Origin: a virus
Virus record (IMG/VR): IMGVR_UViG_3300003350_000001
Coordinates: 1-39,719 of that record
DNA length: 39,719 nt
Direction: 5' to 3' (one strand)
Shown piece by piece: positions 33,862 through 39,719 of the stretch. Every line of letters begins with the position of its first letter. Position 1 is the first letter of the stretch. Under the pieces are notes generated by a model, which was not told the DNA's origin, did not search any database, and saw only the letters and a list, made by a program, of their open reading frames with translations. Both the position numbers and the translations under genes were made by a program.

Positions 33862-34686
33862 TTAAGAATAATATTTCACTTCTAAATAGGTACCATTGAA
33901 GCTCGCATCTCCCTCAGCATTCAAAGCAGACGCATCTAACGCTTTAAAATAATGCGAAGTTTCGTAACCTACTTCAACGGCCATACACGATTTATCTTTA
34001 AACGACTGATTAAAATCAAACCCTAACTTTGCATCCATAGTAGGAACTACGCGATTGGTTGTATGATCCAGTTGAAAATCCTCATTTTGGCGATAAGTAC
34101 TCTTTATTTTTCCTACTAATAAAGCGGTATTCACATGTGCATCGAAACCAAATCCAGCTCCAAGACAATAACGCGCATCGGCACCCATTCGAGGGCCTAT
34201 TGCATTAAGGGTGGTTTCAAAGGATTGATAATCTTCGCCCTTTCCACCAACGACATTAAGTCCTAATTCATGACCTAATTCCGTATAACGAACGCCAGCA
34301 AATAAACGCATATCTAAACAGTCAAAAACAAGGCGTTGTCCCAATTCGAGATCTAATGTATCTAAGTCACATTCCTTATTGCCTTCAAAGGATATATTGT
34401 TACGTGGATCAGCATCGCTGTTAGAATTGCTCGTATTAAAATAGATATAGTGCAATGTCACATCATTGGCCGTATTTTCAAATAAGTAACCGGCTTGTAA
34501 ATGATATCCAAAATCATATTCATCGCTCACCATCGGGGTGACGGAATTTTCTCGAAGATAGTTCGCATCCACACTCACTTTAAATCCTGCGTGTTGGTTA
34601 GGAATATAAACCGTATCATTCGCAAGGACAGCAGTACTTATGCCTAATGCTGCTAATGCAACGGTTAATTGTTTCGTATATCTCAT
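33862..34686 (-). CDS. Outer-membrane porin of the Legionella MOMP family, 274 aa, with a signal peptide
   Basis: Signal peptide MRYTKQLTVALAALGISTAVLA. The blocks GYHLQAGYLFE..NDV.L.Y..F, LELGQ......MRLFAGVRY, IGPR.G.DA.Y..G.GFG......ALLVG, P..DAKLG and VGY....YF match my recollection of L. pneumophila MOMP. Confidence 0.8.
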   Translation of the reverse strand: MRYTKQLTVALAALGISTAVLANDTVYIPNQHAGFKVSVDANYLRENSVTPMVSDEYDFGYHLQAGYLFENTANDVTLHYIYFNTSNSNSDADPRNNISFEGNKECDLDTLDLELGQRLVFDCLDMRLFAGVRYTELGHELGLNVVGGKGEDYQSFETTLNAIGPRMGADARYCLGAGFGFDAHVNTALLVGKIKSTYRQNEDFQLDHTTNRVVPTMDAKLGFDFNQSFKDKSCMAVEVGYETSHYFKALDASALNAEGDASFNGTYLEVKYYS

Positions 34687-34889
34687 AATGTTATCTCCAT
34701 TATTAAAATTAGATTCATGAATACTACAGGGCGTACGCTACCAGGAATGGCCAAGAGGGTCAAAATTTAGCCCCTAAGTTATCCACAGATTTTGTGTGTA
34801 ATCGTGTTTATAAGTAAATAAAAATGCGTTTTTAAAGCCAATTTAAAGTGTTTTTATGCGCTGTATATAAATTATACAACTATAGATGA

Positions 34890-35126
34890 TCAATCAAATT
34901 TTGATACGCATGGGTGCATATCATGATCCACGTTAAGAAAATGATCAATTTGATATATTTGGGATGTGGGAACATGACATAAATACAATATATAGGAAAT
35001 TAACAGTATGACTAGGGAATGGGCCAATGATAATAACAAAGCCAATAGAAGTTTATTGCTACCGCACTTCAACTTTTTTATGAGCGGTTCAATTTTTTGA
35101 TTGACAATTCCCTTGTCGTCTAACAT
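34890..35126 (-). CDS. Small membrane protein, about 78 aa (the ORF-track start at 35141 is GTG; ATG at 35126)
   Basis: Hydrophobic stretch LLLALLLSLAHSLVILLISYILYL. Confidence 0.4.
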   Translation of the reverse strand: MLDDKGIVNQKIEPLIKKLKCGSNKLLLALLLSLAHSLVILLISYILYLCHVPTSQIYQIDHFLNVDHDMHPCVSKFD

Positions 35127-35240
35127 AACATATAACTCCACCGCTATTTTACCCTATTAAAATAGCGGTCTTATTATTTATAAAATCGCGACTTTTTTGC
35201 CTATTTTATGTTTTAATTCCTTACGGAACTCTATTAAAGA

Positions 35241-35468
35241 CTAAGTAGAAATTGGATTTTTTACTTCCTCTTTTTCCAATTTCTGATAGAGTTCTTTCGC
35301 TTCTTCAAATCTTCCCGCCAATGCATTGTGTACATTAGTTGCATTATCTAACGCTGCCTTTAATTTTTGATGATTGTCTAAACTATCGGTCAGCGCTTTT
35401 GATAACTCTTGAATCCTACTTCCGATACTTTCTTTTAGTACCTGAAGATTTGATTGCTCTTGTTTCAT
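35241..35468 (-). CDS. Small coiled-coil protein, 75 aa
   Basis: AAGGAA SD. It follows the fibre cassette. Confidence 0.5.
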   Translation of the reverse strand: MKQEQSNLQVLKESIGSRIQELSKALTDSLDNHQKLKAALDNATNVHNALAGRFEEAKELYQKLEKEEVKNPIST

Positions 35469-35480
35469 GGATAAATTTCC

Positions 35481-36452
35481 TTATTTCGTAATAATATAGT
35501 TAAACGTACTTGCGCCTGGATCGCCAGAAGAGGTTACTACAAAGGATCCATTACCTGGCACAATTTTTTCAACGGTCACCGCATTAGCTTGTGTATTCCA
35601 ATTACCAACGACGTTACTGACACTCGTGCAAAAAGCATCACTGATAGTCTGAGCCGCAGCTCCGCCTGCAACAGATGCGCCAGCAACTGATTTCATACGA
35701 ATAGCACTGGTTGCAACCACAAGACCACCCGTAGATGCGCCAATATCACCCATTGTGTAAATAGTGGATTGACCCATCGTTCCATTGCTAATGGTTGTTG
35801 TATTATCTGCGCCCGCATTGACTCCGGCAATGATCAACGATCCATTAGCTGCGGTTCCTGGGAAAGACGTTAAGGTACCGGCATGTCCACTGGAGCCAGC
35901 AAAAACACTTCCATTTGCTATATTGACATTACCGATCGTTATATTGACGTTACCGTCCGTTATATTAACGTCGCCATCTGATAGAGTTATATCTCCAACT
36001 GTTACAAAAATATTGCCTTCTGCTACCGTCAGATCACTGGTAGATAAAGTAAGTGCAGCGAAGGTAGGCAAACTCGTAGTATCAAGACTTTGCGGAAGTG
36101 TTAATGTGACAACGCCTGTTTCTGGGGTGCCATAGGTACCATTGACGAGTACTTGATGTTGCGTACCCGTAAGTGAAGTAACCGTACCGAATGATGTATT
36201 TGTTAATGACCACTTACCATCGGAATAAGATACTGAAAACCAATTTACGTTATATGCTGCATTCGGTGAAGTGGCCGTTGTGACTAGGGCCATATCGGCA
36301 TTTGATAAAGAAATGCCGAAGCGTTCTGTCAGTGTATCGAGATAGCCGGTAGCGGTAACTTCGTCGACGGTATCATTCGTTAAAATGTAAATGATGGCGG
36401 GAAAAACACCTGCTTGTCCTACTTGATTAACTTGTACATTTAAAATGGGCAT
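35481..36452 (-). CDS. Tail-fibre paralogue, 323 aa, with a unique N-terminus and a short-repeat beta segment
   Basis: GGGAG SD. GTPETGVVTLTLPQSLDTTSLPTF module shared with the 374-aa protein. Repeats of the type GDITLSDGDVNITDGNVNITIGNVNIANG. Confidence 0.7.
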   Translation of the reverse strand: MPILNVQVNQVGQAGVFPAIIYILTNDTVDEVTATGYLDTLTERFGISLSNADMALVTTATSPNAAYNVNWFSVSYSDGKWSLTNTSFGTVTSLTGTQHQVLVNGTYGTPETGVVTLTLPQSLDTTSLPTFAALTLSTSDLTVAEGNIFVTVGDITLSDGDVNITDGNVNITIGNVNIANGSVFAGSSGHAGTLTSFPGTAANGSLIIAGVNAGADNTTTISNGTMGQSTIYTMGDIGASTGGLVVATSAIRMKSVAGASVAGGAAAQTISDAFCTSVSNVVGNWNTQANAVTVEKIVPGNGSFVVTSSGDPGASTFNYIITK

Positions 36453-36489
36453 TTTTATACTCCCTTATAAGTTGATTGATTAATTTTCC

Positions 36490-37545
36490 TTAACTATATT
36501 CATAGATGATAACAATACCTGAGCCTCCATTGCCACCTGCTTGTGCAGCACCACCGGTGCTATTCGCAAGAAGTGATCCACTACCGCCAGCCCCCGTATT
36601 GGCAGTTGCGCTGTTGCCAGCAATTGAAGCACCACTGGATGTAACAGAAGGTGCTCCATTGCCATAAATACTATTTCCGCCTGCACCCGAAACACCACCG
36701 AAAGATCCCGCTGCGCCTGTTGTCCAAAAAGAGGTACCCCCGCCTGTTCCTGTGAGTGCGATATCGCCCGTACCGGCAGTAGCGCCGGCGGCGCCAGATT
36801 TAACGCCTGTTGCGGAAACGGACCCTCCCGCAACTCCACCAGTTCCACCATTAGCAGAAATTAATGATCCAATAGAAGTAGCACCTCCATTACCACCAGT
36901 GGAAGCGGATGATCCTGTTCCACCTGCCCCAATGCTTACTGTTTGACTGCTGCCTACCGATCCAGCACTAATATATGATTGCGAAAATCCGCCAGATCCT
37001 CCGCCACTTCCAACAGAACCTTGCGAACTTCCACTTGCAGCAACCGATCCCCCTCCCGCTGCACCGCCGCCGACACATATTGCTATGATATATGCCATTC
37101 CTGTCGTTGGCGTATAAGTTCCGCCGGTTTTAAAAACTTGGACATTGAGTAAACCTGTATTACCTCCACTCGCTGCAATCGTGATAGAACCTGTGCCGTT
37201 CGTGATGGAAATACCACTCCCCGCCGTTAGGGTTGCAGCCGTTGGCGTCCCACTCGTGTTACCGATGATAAGTTGTCCATTGGTCATTGCTGCCCATGCG
37301 ACAACGCCCGAAGAACTTGTAACAAGGCTTGCTGAATCGGTTGGGTTTAATGCAAGAAAGGTTGCAACGCCTGTTCCTAATCCCGATACGCCGGTACTAA
37401 TAGGCAAACCCGTACAGCTTGTCAATGTACCGCTCGAGGGGGTGCCAAGAGCGGGTGTAGTTAAACTGGCGGAAGTAGAACCTACAAATTCCGCTGTTCC
37501 GGTTTGACTTGAAAGACTGGTATTGACTGCATTATTGGTTGCCAT
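36490..37545 (-). CDS. Tail-fibre paralogue, 351 aa, with the shared N-terminal module and a Gly-rich C-terminal domain
   Basis: N-terminal ~125 aa are near-identical to the 238-aa paralogue. The C-terminal ~225 aa is G/S/A/T-rich (GGGAAGGGS, GGGSGG, GGNGGA, GGTGG). Confidence 0.75.
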   Translation of the reverse strand: MATNNAVNTSLSSQTGTAEFVGSTSASLTTPALGTPSSGTLTSCTGLPISTGVSGLGTGVATFLALNPTDSASLVTSSSGVVAWAAMTNGQLIIGNTSGTPTAATLTAGSGISITNGTGSITIAASGGNTGLLNVQVFKTGGTYTPTTGMAYIIAICVGGGAAGGGSVAASGSSQGSVGSGGGSGGFSQSYISAGSVGSSQTVSIGAGGTGSSASTGGNGGATSIGSLISANGGTGGVAGGSVSATGVKSGAAGATAGTGDIALTGTGGGTSFWTTGAAGSFGGVSGAGGNSIYGNGAPSVTSSGASIAGNSATANTGAGGSGSLLANSTGGAAQAGGNGGSGIVIIYEYS

Positions 37546-37558
37546 ATCTCATCCTCTA

Positions 37559-38275
37559 CTAATTATAAGTAATATTACCTTGTGGGCCACCTAATACTGT
37601 CCAGGTCGTATTCGCTACCACACACAAAAGTGTTAAAGAATCGTACTGATTAGTGGATGCCAAATAACCACCTGTACCTGTAGTTGTAACGGATGAACCG
37701 ATATGAATTAATTGCGATGCATTTTGAGCAATTTGCCATCCACCGGCACCCAAACCTTGCATCTGAATAATCGAACCTACCGCGGCCGTTGAAGGAAGCG
37801 TTAAGGTTACAAGGCCAGCATTGTTGCTGATGTAGCCTGAGTTAACCGCCATTGCTTGTGTGGTTCCTGTAACGACTGTCCAGTTATTAGCAACATCGGT
37901 GGTTGCAATCGTGATAGAACCTGTGCCGTTCGTGATGGAAATACCACTCCCCGCCGTTAATGTTGCAGCGGTTGGTGTCCCGCTCGTGTTACCGATGATA
38001 AGTTGCCCATTGGTCATTGCTGCCCATGCGATAACACCGGAAGAATTCGTAACCAATGAGGCCGATGCTGTTGTATTGGCAGCAAGAAATGCTTCAATAC
38101 CAGTTCCTAACCCAGAAACGCCGGTACTAATAGGCAATCCTGTGCAATTGGTAAGTGTGCCACTGGTTGGTGTTCCTAAAAGAGGCGTCACAAGCGTTGG
38201 ACTGGTAGATCCTACAAAATTTCCGGCGCCTGTTTGTCCGCTTAAGCTGGTATTAACTGAATTATTAGTTGCCAT
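37559..38275 (-). CDS. Tail-fibre paralogue, 238 aa (the same gene as 457-1173, seen again through wrap-around)
   Basis: Identical protein. Confidence 0.75.
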   Translation of the reverse strand: MATNNSVNTSLSGQTGAGNFVGSTSPTLVTPLLGTPTSGTLTNCTGLPISTGVSGLGTGIEAFLAANTTASASLVTNSSGVIAWAAMTNGQLIIGNTSGTPTAATLTAGSGISITNGTGSITIATTDVANNWTVVTGTTQAMAVNSGYISNNAGLVTLTLPSTAAVGSIIQMQGLGAGGWQIAQNASQLIHIGSSVTTTGTGGYLASTNQYDSLTLLCVVANTTWTVLGGPQGNITYN

Positions 38276-38284
38276 GTTATCTCC

Positions 38285-39409
38285 TTATGTGACCGTAATA
38301 TTCCCTTGAGGTGCAACGACCAGATGCCATTCGGTATTTAAAACCGTACACACCATATAAAGCGCATCGTTTTCATTCGTTGCTGCTAATGAACCGCCAG
38401 AACTTGTGGTCTGCGATCCTAAAACAATGGTTTGTCCTACACCACATTGAATAAGCCAACCACCGGCACCTTTTCCAACCACGTTAATTTCATCTCCGAC
38501 TGCGCTTGCAGCGGGTAACGATAATGTGACTAAACTTGCATTATTAGCAATATAGCCATTATTAGATGCCATCACTTGTGTGGTTCCTGTTACGACATTC
38601 CAGGTAAAAGCAGCCGTTCCTGTCGCTGCAATCGTAATACTTGCCGCACCATTGGTAATAGAAATATTGGTACCGGCTGTAATCGTTGCCGCCGTTGGCG
38701 TTGCTCCCGTAGATCCTATAATAATTTCACCGTTGGTCATGGAACTACTAAAGCCAGGAACGCCAGATGAGTTTGTGACTAAGGTTGCGCTTGCTGTTCC
38801 GGCAGCAATACCTGTGCTTAAAGGAAGTCCGGTACAATTGGTTAGAATACCGCTCGCAGGTGTTCCTAATAAAGGTGCTGTAAAAATAGGCGCATCAAAC
38901 GTGGGAGAACTCGTGGTATCGATGTCTTGCGGAAGTGTTAGTGTGACGTCACCTGTTTCGGGCGTTCCGCTAGTACCATTTGCAAACACTTGATGCGCCG
39001 TTCCGATAATCGCCGTAGTTACACTTGCTGATGTAAAACTAAGTTGTCCTGAACCATTCGTATAAAGAAAAGTATTGGGTGCACCGTCAGAAGTTGGCCA
39101 GCGTAAATGATCAAATACCAATGCGCCGGATCCGATGGGTGTAATATCAATATCAATATTGGAATCACTACCGCCAGCCGTGATTAAAACGCCCGTTCCG
39201 GTGGATGAATTGGAAAAAAGCGGATAATTAACGGCTAATGCACCCACGGTCTCATAACGAAACAGATAATTGCCGCTACTATCTTTTATACCGGTTCCCG
39301 GAAAATCAAATTGAAAGTTTTCAGTGGGAGCACTCGGACGCAAACCGACGGGAATATCGCCAATTTGCATTTCACCGCCGACGGTAAATTGCGAAAATTT
39401 TACTTCCAT
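38285..39409 (-). CDS. Tail-fibre protein, 374 aa (the same gene as 1183-2307)
   Basis: Identical protein. Confidence 0.75.
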   Translation of the reverse strand: MEVKFSQFTVGGEMQIGDIPVGLRPSAPTENFQFDFPGTGIKDSSGNYLFRYETVGALAVNYPLFSNSSTGTGVLITAGGSDSNIDIDITPIGSGALVFDHLRWPTSDGAPNTFLYTNGSGQLSFTSASVTTAIIGTAHQVFANGTSGTPETGDVTLTLPQDIDTTSSPTFDAPIFTAPLLGTPASGILTNCTGLPLSTGIAAGTASATLVTNSSGVPGFSSSMTNGEIIIGSTGATPTAATITAGTNISITNGAASITIAATGTAAFTWNVVTGTTQVMASNNGYIANNASLVTLSLPAASAVGDEINVVGKGAGGWLIQCGVGQTIVLGSQTTSSGGSLAATNENDALYMVCTVLNTEWHLVVAPQGNITVT

Positions 39410-39437
39410 CCTTGGACTCCTTTAAATGAGTTATCCC

Positions 39438-39719
39438 TTAATTAAGTGTTTCAATTGCATATAATGTCACACTGATATCGGTCGTTGCTGTTGCCGTAAA
39501 AAAATGTAATACATCACCTGCTTTGACTTCTCGGATTAATGTACCATTAATCAATTCACTGGTAGTTGCAGCAAACGTATCGCCAGCAGGAACAGCAGCC
39601 GTTTGATTTAATGCAACCCATACTTCGGCGGTATATTTTACTTTCATTAAGGCTTTAAATCGTGGTGCACTGCCAGGAATGGTTAAAGTAGTATCGGTCG
39701 TTGCAGCAAGCGTTGAACT
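39438..39719 (-). CDS. Partial copy of the 117-aa protein (the same gene as 2336-2689), truncated by the window end
   Basis: Identical sequence at offset 37102. Confidence 0.6.
   Translation of the reverse strand, partial: SSTLAATTDTTLTIPGSAPRFKALMKVKYTAEVWVALNQTAAVPAGDTFAATTSELINGTLIREVKAGDVLHFFTATATTDISVTLYAIETLN

Larger units (their letters stand above)
37103..39719. repeat. Second copy of the wrap-around segment (same sequence as 1-2617)
   Basis: Same sequence and same ORF proteins as 1-2617. Confidence 0.95.

Noticed and set aside
35140-35169. A 12-bp stem-loop (ACCGCTATTTTA / TAAAATAGCGGT) taken as a terminator
   Set aside because: The T-rich tail is on the plus strand, where no upstream gene exists. 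On the transcribed minus strand no U-tract follows. It may be regulatory, but I cannot support a terminator call.
36480-36851. 123-aa minus-strand ORF overlapping the Gly-rich fibre gene in another frame
   Set aside because: It lies fully inside the 351-aa gene and has no independent start context. It is a product of GC-rich repetitive codons.
35481-37545. A diversity-generating retroelement acting on the fibre tips
   Set aside because: There is no reverse transcriptase gene anywhere in the unit. There is also no template/variable repeat pair with adenine-specific differences. The paralogue similarity is modular rather than mutational.
31104-37545. Gin/Cin-type inversion of tail-fibre C-termini by the serine recombinase
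   Set aside because: All fibre genes are co-oriented with their own starts. They lie about 4 kb or more from the recombinase, and I found no inverted repeats flanking any fibre segment.
1-39719. tRNA, tmRNA, rRNA or CRISPR features
   Set aside because: I saw no cloverleaf-compatible segments (no GGTTCGAATCC-type T-arm with a matching acceptor stem) and no spaced repeat arrays on either strand. This is an eye-only scan, so tRNAscan-SE should be run to confirm.

Overview
The window holds one complete genome of about 37.1 kb from a tailed dsDNA phage with podovirus-like gene order, read past its own origin. Bases 1-2617 recur exactly at 37103-39719, so the unique unit is 37,102 bp and is either circular or terminally redundant. 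The sequence is AT-rich and most genes lie on the minus strand.

Late module (minus strand): terS (22793-23257), then a 4.2-kb cargo island, then terL, a portal with a Q-rich C-terminal coil, two small basic proteins, scaffold and major capsid. These are followed by adaptor/nozzle-position proteins, three internal-virion-like proteins, a 726-aa spike-like protein and a mosaic cassette of four tail-fibre paralogues that wraps the window origin.

Early region: back-to-back promoters sit at 27419-27526. Leftward are a Cro/YdaS-like regulator, a family of small acidic paralogues carrying a fresh 311-bp tandem duplication, and a winged-HTH initiator flanked by GGGAAC iterons. Rightward are YqaJ exonuclease, RecT and SSB.

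Accessory genes:
- a coiled-coil/ankyrin protein
- an operon of an unknown 318-aa protein, a cytoplasmic PAS hybrid histidine kinase/receiver and CsrA, with four AAGGA motifs in its leader
- a small serine recombinase coupled to one of two inverted DUF1640 paralogues
- a RelB/RelE-type toxin-antitoxin pair
- a Legionella-MOMP-family porin

The cargo points to a Legionellales host (inference).

The strongest hidden feature is in the major capsid gene. It is split by a 247-nt ORF-less group I intron (13118-13364, minus strand), so the ORF-track capsid is N-terminally truncated.

I could not recognise an integrase, a lysis cassette, a tRNA or a CRISPR array by eye.
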